In this document: one piece after another, positions 34,702-42,190 of the stretch
Layout: each line of letters opens with the position of its first letter
How positions within the stretch are numbered: position 1 is the first letter of the stretch
Assembly: GCA_964538915.1 (NCBI GenBank)
Contig: CAZIFB010000023.1
Span: 3,294-67,293 of the forward strand
From: an uncultured candidatus Brocadiaceae bacterium
Lineage (GTDB): Bacteria > Planctomycetota > UBA1135 > UBA2386
Direction: 5' to 3'
Length of the DNA stretch: 64,000 bases
Notes under the pieces: model-generated
What the model was told of the DNA's origin: nothing
What the model saw: the letters and a program-made list of their open reading frames with translations, nothing else
Database searches by the model: none
Position numbers and translations under genes: made by a program

Positions 34702-34783
34702 GGACGAACCTCCATGCTTGTTCTGTAAGTATGCACTGACTCTACGCAGGGCGGAAGTGGCCGGGTCCGGTTTCCGTCTGTCG

Positions 34784-34794
34784 CCCCCCCCCCC
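34784..34794. repeat. C11 (G11 on minus strand) homopolymer in an intergenic region
   Basis: 11 consecutive C counted by hand. Lies 83-93 nt upstream of GTG 34701 and 80 nt downstream of the OMT stop. Confidence 0.9.
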
Positions 34795-34873
34795 TCGGCC
34801 TCATGGCACCGCGAAGGTGGCCGTTGGTCGCATGCCGCGTCCCAACCTGGGTCGGGCCGACCGAAGCGACCGG

Positions 34874-35872
34874 TCAGTTGCGCGCGACGACGAACCAGGT
34901 GCCGGCGGTCAGCGGCTCGAATCGCTCGACCACGAGCCCGGCGTCGCCGACGAGCCGACGCAGCTCCGGCTTGCGGCGCACACGCCCCTGCAGCAGCACC
35001 TGCATCTCGAGGTCGAGCATCGCCGCCATGTCGGCACGGTTGTCCGGCGACAGGATCGTCTCGAGCAGCAGCACCCGCCCATCGCGACCCACGGCCTCCC
35101 TGCAGCGCTGCAGCAGCGCAACCGCGCGCTCGTCGTTCCAGTTGTGCAGCACGTGCTTCACCATCACGAGGTCTCCGGCGGGCACGGTCGAGAAGAAGTC
35201 GCCGCCGAACACTTCGATGCGGTCGCCGAAGCGTTCGGCGAGCCCCGCTCGCGCACGGTCGACGACGTGAGGCAGGTCGAGCAGCACGCCGCGCAGGTGC
35301 GGATTCGCCGCGAGCACCGCCGCGAGAAGCGAGCCGCGCCCACCCCCGACGTCGACGACGCGGCGCACGGCGACGAAGTCGAACTCGGCGCACAGCGCCG
35401 CGGCTTCGTGCTTCGTGAACGCGTCGATCGCCGCGTCGTAGCGTGCCGCCGCGTCAGGGCGCCCACCCATCCAGTCGTAGAGTGCGCTGCCGTTCGCGAG
35501 GGTGAAGGCACTCGCGCCGTCCCGCGACACCTCGCGCAACCGCGACCACGGATCCCACTGCTCCTTCGCCCCGACGAACTCCGCCATCGCCCCGAGTGCG
35601 TCGGCACGCAGTGCGCGACCGCGCTCGGTGACCACGAACTCGCCGGGCGTAGGGCTCTCGAAGAAGCCGAGACCGGCGCAGATCCGCAGCACGGCGCCCA
35701 TCGCGTCGATCGGGCAGCCGATTTCGGCGGCAAGCTGCTGCGCGGTGCGCGGCGCAGCGGCGAGACGTTCCGCGAGCCGCCACGCCGCCGCGGTCGACAC
35801 CGCCTGCGCCCGGCCCTTTCCGCCGAGCACGTACATCAGGTACTCGCCGGGCGAGCCGTCCTCCGGCGTCAC
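34874..35872 (-). CDS. class I SAM-dependent O-methyltransferase (COMT/Methyltransf_2-like with N-terminal dimerisation/wHTH domain)
   Basis: Motifs VVDVGGGRGSLL (SAM motif I), FGGDFFSTVPAGDLVMVKHVLHNWNDE, GRVLLLE. Start is either GTG 35872 (GTGA overlap with the halogenase stop) or ATG 35836. Confidence 0.85.
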   Translation of the reverse strand: MTPEDGSPGEYLMYVLGGKGRAQAVSTAAAWRLAERLAAAPRTAQQLAAEIGCPIDAMGAVLRICAGLGFFESPTPGEFVVTERGRALRADALGAMAEFVGAKEQWDPWSRLREVSRDGASAFTLANGSALYDWMGGRPDAAARYDAAIDAFTKHEAAALCAEFDFVAVRRVVDVGGGRGSLLAAVLAANPHLRGVLLDLPHVVDRARAGLAERFGDRIEVFGGDFFSTVPAGDLVMVKHVLHNWNDERAVALLQRCREAVGRDGRVLLLETILSPDNRADMAAMLDLEMQVLLQGRVRRKPELRRLVGDAGLVVERFEPLTAGTWFVVARN

Positions 35873-37644
35873 GGCATCGCACCTGCGAACAGTTCGCGAG
35901 CCTCCGCGGCTCGCGGATGGCGGCGGATCGGCCCGAGGCCACGCTCGACGTCCCGCGCGAGGTCCGGCAGGCCGTGGCGACGCTCGAGTCCCTTCTTCGC
36001 CTCGATCTCGAGACGCATCGCCGACACCGGCACACCCCACTTCGAGAACTCGACGGCGTCGATCAGTTCGCGACCGCGTTCCGGTCCGAGCTCCTGCACG
36101 ATGCGCAGGACGAGCTCGGCGACGATCTCGTGCGCCTGCTCGAGCCGCATCTTCAGGTAGTCGAGCGTCTCCTCGAACGTCATCGACTTGCCGACCGCGA
36201 CGTGCGCGTCGATCAGCACCGACGGGAACGCAGGCGCCTGCTTGAACACCGGCGCGGGATCCTCCGGCGCCATCTTCGCCCAGGTCGCGAGCAGCTTCTC
36301 GACGTGCGCCATCAGCTCGAGGAAGCGCCGCCCGTACATCGCGACCTTCTCCTGCCCTTCGGCGTCGAGGCGGCAGAGCTCCTGCATGAAGTACTGGCAG
36401 GTGAAGGACCAGTAGCAGAAGTTGTTGAAGAAGACCTTGTACGCCATCGCCGACGAGTGGCCGTAGATCGGCGCCGCGGTGCGGAAGAGCTGCAGCGAGC
36501 CGTTCAGGATCGAACGGTACTGCGCGTTCATCATCATCGCCTTCTGCTTCACGTCGCCGCCGGCGAGCGCCGTGCGCATCGTCTCGACGGTGAAGCAGTT
36601 CGCGAAGCCGATGAAGTCCGTGCCCGGGCTGAACAGCGGATCCGCGAACGCACCCGCCTCACCGACGAGCGCCCAGCCGTCCTCGGACCAGCAGCGGCCG
36701 ACGTTGTAGCTGTAGTTGCGAAGGCACAGGAAGTCCTCGATCTCGTACTTCGCGAGCGCATCGGCGAGCTGCGGTTCGTGCTGGCGGATGAACGCGAGCG
36801 TCTTCTCGAGTCCGGCGATGTGGTGGTAGTCGTGCGTGTCCTCGTGGATGACGAGGCCGATGCTCGTCTTGCCGCTCGACAGCGGAATCACCCAGACCCA
36901 GTAGCCGGCGCCCATGAAGTGGTTCGTCGCGAGCCAGCGCTGCTCGGCGCACGGGCGCGTGTGCCACTCGGTTTCGCTCTTCGGCACCATCTCGTTGATG
37001 TCGAACTTCCCGTCGATGCGAAACCACCCCGCGCTCGCCGTGTGGTGCGAGCCGCGCGTCAGCTTCTGCTGACGGCGCAGGATCGCCTGCCGCCCCGTCG
37101 CATCGACGACCCAGCGCGGATGCAGTTCGTGCTCGACGCCGTCCTGCTCGTAGCGCACCGTGTGACGCGCGCCGCCCTTGGCGAGGTCGATCCCCGTGAC
37201 CTTCGCGCCTTCGATCAACGTGGCGCCGTCCTCCTCGATCATCGCGCGCAGGTCGGTCTCCATGCGGCCACGATCCATCTGGTAGCTCTTCAACGGCGGC
37301 TCCGCACACGGCCCGATCTCGGTGCGAAGGTGCAGCGGCAGATGGCCGCCCCCGGGGAAGAACCGGATGCCCCACTTCAGCAGCTGGCGCTCCTGCATGT
37401 AGGGATGCAGCCCGAGTCGCATGATGTACTGAGAGCCCAGCTCGACCGACGACTCGCCCACCTTGTGGCAGGCCTCGGGGAGCGGGCGCTTCGTCCGCTC
37501 GACCACCGTGACCCTCGCCTCGGGCAGTTCGCGGCGGAGTTGCCGAGCCAACAGGAGGCCCGCCAGCCCGGCGCCGCAGATCACCACGTCGAAGGGGTCG
37601 CCAGCCGGGTCGGGACGGAGCCGCGTAACGTCGTTCTTCTGCAT
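35869..37644 (-). CDS. flavin-dependent halogenase (591 aa)
   Basis: Motifs DVVICGAGLAGLLLA (GxGxxG), GAGYWVWVIPL (WxWxIP, 36880-36906), GEAGAFADPLFSPGTDF (FxxPxxSxG). Confidence 0.85.
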   Translation of the reverse strand: MQKNDVTRLRPDPAGDPFDVVICGAGLAGLLLARQLRRELPEARVTVVERTKRPLPEACHKVGESSVELGSQYIMRLGLHPYMQERQLLKWGIRFFPGGGHLPLHLRTEIGPCAEPPLKSYQMDRGRMETDLRAMIEEDGATLIEGAKVTGIDLAKGGARHTVRYEQDGVEHELHPRWVVDATGRQAILRRQQKLTRGSHHTASAGWFRIDGKFDINEMVPKSETEWHTRPCAEQRWLATNHFMGAGYWVWVIPLSSGKTSIGLVIHEDTHDYHHIAGLEKTLAFIRQHEPQLADALAKYEIEDFLCLRNYSYNVGRCWSEDGWALVGEAGAFADPLFSPGTDFIGFANCFTVETMRTALAGGDVKQKAMMMNAQYRSILNGSLQLFRTAAPIYGHSSAMAYKVFFNNFCYWSFTCQYFMQELCRLDAEGQEKVAMYGRRFLELMAHVEKLLATWAKMAPEDPAPVFKQAPAFPSVLIDAHVAVGKSMTFEETLDYLKMRLEQAHEIVAELVLRIVQELGPERGRELIDAVEFSKWGVPVSAMRLEIEAKKGLERRHGLPDLARDVERGLGPIRRHPRAAEARELFAGAMP

Positions 37645-37715
37645 CGGAGGACCGTTCCTGTTGAGGTCCGGCAGTCTGGCGGGCCGCTCGGCGCGAGTCC
37701 ACTCCGAGGGCCTCT

Positions 37716-37749
37716 CCCTGGGGCGTGTTGTTGCCCGGGCTCCCCAGGG
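37716..37749 (+). promoter_or_regulatory. 8-bp inverted repeat (ccctgggg N18 ccccaggg) in the divergent halogenase/ACP intergenic region
   Basis: Arms at 37716-37723 and 37742-37749, 25 nt upstream of the ACP ATG. Could be an operator or a leader hairpin. No experimental support. Confidence 0.2.
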
Positions 37750-37773
37750 TGCCTAGAGTCGCCGCCCCACGCC

Positions 37774-38064
37774 ATGGCCGACACCCTCGAAGACCAGTTG
37801 AAGCGCCTCATCGTCGACACCCTCGCGCTCGAGGACGTGGCACCGGAGAGCATCGAAACGAACGCGCCGCTCTTCGGCGAGGGACTCGGTCTCGACTCGA
37901 TCGACGCACTCGAGATCGCCCTGGCCGTTCACAGTAAATTCGGCGTGAAGACCGTCGCGAACGACGAGAAGAATCGCGAGTACTACCACTCGATCGCCTC
38001 GCTCGCGCAGTTCGTCCGGACCAAGCAGGCGGAGAACGCCGCACAGGCCGCCGCCGGCGCCTGA
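37774..38064 (+). CDS. acyl carrier protein
   Basis: C-terminal 96 aa of track ORF 35917..38064. Motif GLGLDSIDALE (phosphopantetheine Ser codon 37897-37899). Confidence 0.9.
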   Translation: MADTLEDQLKRLIVDTLALEDVAPESIETNAPLFGEGLGLDSIDALEIALAVHSKFGVKTVANDEKNREYYHSIASLAQFVRTKQAENAAQAAAGA

Positions 38065-38071
38065 CCCACCG

Positions 38072-38662
38072 ATGGCGCCGCGGTCGCCTTCGTTCCTCGC
38101 GCTCGCGGCGAAGGTGCTGCTCGGGGTCGTGTTCATCGCGTATCCGGTGCTCGTCTGGCAGGGCCTTCGGGCCGGCAGTCCGCGCGTGATCGCCGCGGCC
38201 CTGCTGTGCATCGTGCTCCCCGTCGCCGCGTTCCGCCTCCGCCGCGCGAAGAACGCGTCGCTGCGCGGCCTCGCCGCGGTGCCGATCGCGACCGCGATCG
38301 GACTCGTGCTCTCCGCCGCCCTCGACAACGCCGGGTGCCTGCTGCTCGTGCCGACGGCGATCAACGCCGTCTTCCTCACGGTCTTCGGTGCGTCACTGCG
38401 ACGCGGGTCGATGCCGATGGTCGAGCGCTTCGCGCGGCTGCAGGAGGACACGTTGTCGGCCGAGCAGCGCGCGTGGTGCCGTCTCTGGACGATCATCTGG
38501 AGCGCGTTCTTCGTCGCGAACGGCACGTGCGCGGCGGTGCTCGCGGCAGCGGCGCCGCTCGAGTGGTGGGCGACCTACAACGGCCTCGTGTCGTACGTCC
38601 TGATGGGGTTCCTGTTCGCGATCGAGTGGACGGTGCGCCGCCGGCGGTTCTCCCGTGGCTGA
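38072..38662 (+). CDS. integral membrane protein of aryl-polyene loci (4-5 TM)
   Basis: Hydrophobic segments LALAAKVLLGVVFIAYPVLVW, IAAALLCIVLPVAAF, LAAVPIATAIGLVLSAAL, LLLVPTAINAVFLTVFGA, WTIIWSAFFVANGTCAAVLAAA. Sits between the ACP and the ligase-like gene. Confidence 0.65.
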   Translation: MAPRSPSFLALAAKVLLGVVFIAYPVLVWQGLRAGSPRVIAAALLCIVLPVAAFRLRRAKNASLRGLAAVPIATAIGLVLSAALDNAGCLLLVPTAINAVFLTVFGASLRRGSMPMVERFARLQEDTLSAEQRAWCRLWTIIWSAFFVANGTCAAVLAAAAPLEWWATYNGLVSYVLMGFLFAIEWTVRRRRFSRG

Positions 38663-40064
38663 GCCCCACACGACCCGACCGTCGCGCACGGACGCCGTCG
38701 CACGCATCGCCGCCGCGTTGCCCGAGGCGACACCGGGCTCGCAGGTGGTGATGGTCTTCGAGGGCGACCGCAGCCGCTTCGTCGCGACGCTCGTCGGCGC
38801 ATGGCAACGCGGCCACGCTGCCGCCCTGCCCGAGGACCCGCGCCGGCTCGCCGTCACCGCGACCCTGTCGCGACCGGACGTCGCCCTGCTCGCGCACGAC
38901 ACCGGCGTCGGCACCGGCCTCGACGTGCGCACCGTCGCGGCGGAGGACGTTCGGCCGTTCGCCGTCGATCCGAAGACGATCGGCGCCGTCGTCTGCGTGG
39001 CCGCGGGCGCGGACGGCCGAGCGGTCGCCAGGTCCTGGTCCGCTGCGGACGTTGCCGGGCTGCTCTCGCACTGCACGGCGGCGCTCGCGCTGCCGCGCAA
39101 TGCGACCGTCTGGAACGCGTTCCCGACGGCCGCGCCCTGTGCGCTGCTCCCCGGCCTCCTCGCACCGCTGGTCGTCGGCGCGCACGTCGTCGGCCGCGCT
39201 GCACTCGACGTCGAGACGATGGCGCACGAACTCGCCGCGTCGTTCGCCCACACGCTGGTCGCACCCGCCGCGACCCTCCGCGCGCTGTCGCTGCACGAGG
39301 CCGACACGCCGGCGCTGGTGCAAGTGGTGGCAGCCGACGAAGCGCTCGACGAGAGATCGATCCGCCGCTTCGCGGCGAACGGCGTGCGCACGATTCGCCT
39401 CTCGACGATCGAGGCGCCGCGGCCCCACGACGACGCCGGGGCTCAACTCGCCGCGGGTCTGTTGCTCGCCGACGGCGTCACCGACGCGGCGGTCGAGGCC
39501 GTGGTCACGCCTACGGGCCGCGTGTTCTGCTGCGTGGTCGCGACGCCGGGCTCCCTCGACGAAGCGCGTCTCCGTGCGCAGGAGCACGCCGATGGCGTCG
39601 TCGAACTGCGCCGCGTCGACGCCATCCCGCGCGAGCAGGACGGCCGTGTCCCGCGCGACGTCGTGCTGCGGCTCTGCGGGCGCAACGCGGACGGCTCCCC
39701 CGTCGTCCACGACCTCGTGTTCGTGCCGGCCGCGACCAGCGGGGAACGCCGCGTCTTCCGGGTGCACGTGCCGACCGGGTTCTTCGCGTTCGCCGGGCAC
39801 TTCGCGACCTACCCGGTCCTGAGCGGCGCGATGCAACTGCACGAACTGGTGCTGCCGTGCCTGCGGCTCGTCGCCGGACCGGGCGCGCGTCCGGCCGCGT
39901 TCCAGGACCTCAAGTTCCTCGCGCGCATCGCTCCGGGCGACACGGTCGACGTCTCGCTGCGCGTCGACCCCGCGGCCGCCTCGGCGGAGTTCGAGATCGT
40001 CCGCGGCGACACGAAGTGCTCGAGCGGGCGCGCGACCCTGCGCGGCACGGAGTCGCCGCCGTGA
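38655..40064 (+). CDS. degenerate AMP-ligase (ANL)-like domain fused to a FabA/FabZ-like hot-dog dehydratase domain (ApeH-ApeI-like fusion)
   Basis: GTG start overlaps the upstream gene by 8 nt. ANL-like topology, but the P-loop position reads VCVAAGADGRAV instead of T/SSGTTGxPKG. C-terminal FFAFAGHFATYPVLSGAMQLHELVL is a typical dehydratase hot-dog motif. Confidence 0.75.
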   Translation: MAEPHTTRPSRTDAVARIAAALPEATPGSQVVMVFEGDRSRFVATLVGAWQRGHAAALPEDPRRLAVTATLSRPDVALLAHDTGVGTGLDVRTVAAEDVRPFAVDPKTIGAVVCVAAGADGRAVARSWSAADVAGLLSHCTAALALPRNATVWNAFPTAAPCALLPGLLAPLVVGAHVVGRAALDVETMAHELAASFAHTLVAPAATLRALSLHEADTPALVQVVAADEALDERSIRRFAANGVRTIRLSTIEAPRPHDDAGAQLAAGLLLADGVTDAAVEAVVTPTGRVFCCVVATPGSLDEARLRAQEHADGVVELRRVDAIPREQDGRVPRDVVLRLCGRNADGSPVVHDLVFVPAATSGERRVFRVHVPTGFFAFAGHFATYPVLSGAMQLHELVLPCLRLVAGPGARPAAFQDLKFLARIAPGDTVDVSLRVDPAAASAEFEIVRGDTKCSSGRATLRGTESPP

Positions 40065-40801
40065 CCACACCCCGGATCTGCGCACTCATCCCGACGTACG
40101 ACAACCCGCGCACGGTGCGCGACGTGGTTCTCGGCGTCCAGCGCCACGTGCCGGACGTGATCGTCGTCGACGACGGCAGCGGTCCCGAGGGTCGGGCTGC
40201 GTGCGAAGCGATCGCGAAGGGCGGGCTCGCGACCGTGCACCGCCTGGCGAAGAACAGCGGCAAGGGCGGCGCGGTGAAGGCGGGCTTCGCCGTCGCAGCG
40301 GAGCGCGGGTTCACGCATGCCTTCCAGGTCGACGCGGACGGCCAGCACGACCTCGCGTGCATGCCGGCGTTCCTCGCGGCGGCCGCCGAGCGGCCCGACG
40401 CGCTGATCCTCGGCTACCCCGTCTACGACTCCACCGCGCCGAAGACCCGCATGACCGCGCGCCGCGTGACGAAGTTCTGGGTCGACCTCGAGGTGGGCCG
40501 CGACCGCGTACACGACGCGATGATCGGCTGCCGCATCTACCCGATCGAAGCGGCGCTGCGCAGCGGCACGCGCGGCGACCGCATGGACTTCGACGTCGAA
40601 GTCGTCGTGCGCATGGCGCGCGGCGGCGTGCCGATCGTCAACCTGCCCGTCAACGTGCGCTACCTCACCGCCGAGCAGGGCGGCGTGTCGCACTTCCGCC
40701 CCGTGCGCGACATCGTCCGCTTGTCGTGGATGCACAGCCGCGTGTGCACGGGGATCTCGATGCGCTGGGTCTTCGGCCGGCTGCTCGGCGGTGCACGATG
40801 A
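40061..40801 (+). CDS. family 2 glycosyltransferase
   Basis: GTG 40061 overlaps the upstream stop (GTGA). Motifs ICALIPTYDNPRTV, VIVVDDGSGPEG, QVDADGQHD (DxD). Confidence 0.85.
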   Translation: MTTPRICALIPTYDNPRTVRDVVLGVQRHVPDVIVVDDGSGPEGRAACEAIAKGGLATVHRLAKNSGKGGAVKAGFAVAAERGFTHAFQVDADGQHDLACMPAFLAAAAERPDALILGYPVYDSTAPKTRMTARRVTKFWVDLEVGRDRVHDAMIGCRIYPIEAALRSGTRGDRMDFDVEVVVRMARGGVPIVNLPVNVRYLTAEQGGVSHFRPVRDIVRLSWMHSRVCTGISMRWVFGRLLGGAR

Positions 40802-41766
40802 GCGAACGCCCGGCAACGTGGCTGTCCCGCCGCGAACGCGGCACCATCCTCGGCATCCGCGCCGCGTTCCGCTGCGCGACGCTGTTCGGCCGTCCCGCGA
40901 CCAAGCCGCTCGTCGGCTTCCTCGCGTTCTGGTACCAGCTCTTCGATCGGCGCACGGCGCACATCTCGCGCGCCTGGCTGCGCCGCGCGACCGGCCGCGA
41001 CCCGGGGTTCTTCGGCGTGTGGCGTCACCTCTTCACGTTCGCGCAGACGACGCTCGACAAGGTGTTCCTGCTGACGAACCGCACGAGGAGCCTCGTGTTC
41101 AACCGCACGGGGCACGAACTGCTCACGGCACAGCGGGCGACCGGCCGTGGTGCGGTCCTGCTCGGCGCGCACGTCGGCAGCTACGAAGCCATGCGCGCCG
41201 GCGGCGACCGCGACGACGTGCCCATCAAGATCCTCGGCTACTTCCAGAACGCCGCGCGCATCAACTCGCTGCTCGCCGAACTGAATCCGACGCAGGCCGC
41301 GCAGGTGATCCACGTCGGCGACGATCCGGTCGGCGTCGTCGCGAAGGTGCAGGAGTGCATCGAGAAGGGCGAGTTCATCGCGGTCCTCGGTGACCGCACC
41401 GGACTGAACGACCGCAGCGTGCCGGCGACGTTCTTCGGCGAACCCGCCAACTTCGCCAGCGGGCCGTTCCTGCTCGCATCGATCCTGCGGTGCCCGGTCT
41501 ACCTCGTGTTCGGCCTCTACGAGGCGCCAAACCGCTACGAGTTGCATTGCGAGCGCTTCGCCGATCGCCTCGACATCCCGCGCCGCGACCGCGAAACGGC
41601 GCTGCGCGCCTGGGTGCAGCGTTACGCCGAACGCGTCGAACACCACGCTCGCTCCTCGCCGCTGAACTGGTTCAACTTCTACGACTTCTGGGCCCCCGAC
41701 GCGCGCGGCGCCGCCGCCACTCGCCCGACCGCCGCGGCCCCCACCGAGCAACGAGCCACGTCGTGA
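40798..41766 (+). CDS. LpxL/HtrB-like lysophospholipid acyltransferase (ApeD-like)
   Basis: ATG 40798 overlaps the upstream stop (ATGA). AVLLGAHVGSYEAMRA (HX4E/D-type motif region), IAVLGDRTG, GPFLLASILRCPVYLVF. Confidence 0.8.
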   Translation: MSERPATWLSRRERGTILGIRAAFRCATLFGRPATKPLVGFLAFWYQLFDRRTAHISRAWLRRATGRDPGFFGVWRHLFTFAQTTLDKVFLLTNRTRSLVFNRTGHELLTAQRATGRGAVLLGAHVGSYEAMRAGGDRDDVPIKILGYFQNAARINSLLAELNPTQAAQVIHVGDDPVGVVAKVQECIEKGEFIAVLGDRTGLNDRSVPATFFGEPANFASGPFLLASILRCPVYLVFGLYEAPNRYELHCERFADRLDIPRRDRETALRAWVQRYAERVEHHARSSPLNWFNFYDFWAPDARGAAATRPTAAAPTEQRATS

Positions 41767-42182
41767 ACCGGAAACGCCCGCCGCACGCGATCACCGTCGA
41801 GCAGAAGATCGGGCTGCACCACTGCGATCTGCTCGGCGTCGCGTGGCACGGCCGCTACTTCGAGTGGTTCGAGGTCGCGCGCACGGCTCTTTTCTGCAGC
41901 ATCGACCTCGACGTGCCGCGCATCCGCGACCTCGGGTTCCGCATGTACGTGGTCGACGCCCGCTGCCGCTACATGGCCGCGCTGCAGTACGGCGACACCG
42001 CGACGATCACCGCGTGGTTCGTGGCGACGGAACCGTTGATCCGCGTCGCGTACGACATCGTCGATCCGGGAACCGGCCGCTGGTGCGCCCGCGCGACGAC
42101 GGTGCTCGCGACGACCGACGCCGCGGGCACCCTGCTGGCGACGACGCCGGCGGAGCTGCTCGAACGGCTGCCGCGCCGCTGA
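41763..42182 (+). CDS. 4HBT/YbgC-like acyl thioesterase (hot-dog)
   Basis: GTG 41763 overlaps the upstream stop (GTGA). 139 aa. HHCDLLGVAWHGRYFEWFEVART is typical of 4-hydroxybenzoyl-CoA-thioesterase-fold proteins. Confidence 0.8.
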   Translation: MNRKRPPHAITVEQKIGLHHCDLLGVAWHGRYFEWFEVARTALFCSIDLDVPRIRDLGFRMYVVDARCRYMAALQYGDTATITAWFVATEPLIRVAYDIVDPGTGRWCARATTVLATTDAAGTLLATTPAELLERLPRR

Positions 42183-42190
42183 TCACCGCG

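Noticed and set aside
34784-34794. C11 tract as a frameshift-causing sequencing error inside a gene
   Set aside because: The tract is intergenic (between the OMT stop at 34874 and GTG 34701). No convincing ORF on either strand is interrupted by it.
22381-34873. Treating the heme protein, serine hydrolase, aceBA and the hypothetical protein as part of the aryl-polyene biosynthetic cluster
   Set aside because: These genes belong to unrelated functional classes with their own promoters and orientations (convergent and divergent junctions at 27550-27564, 30208-30348 and 33342-33591). The glyoxylate shunt is core metabolism. I regard the block as an interruption rather than tailoring genes.
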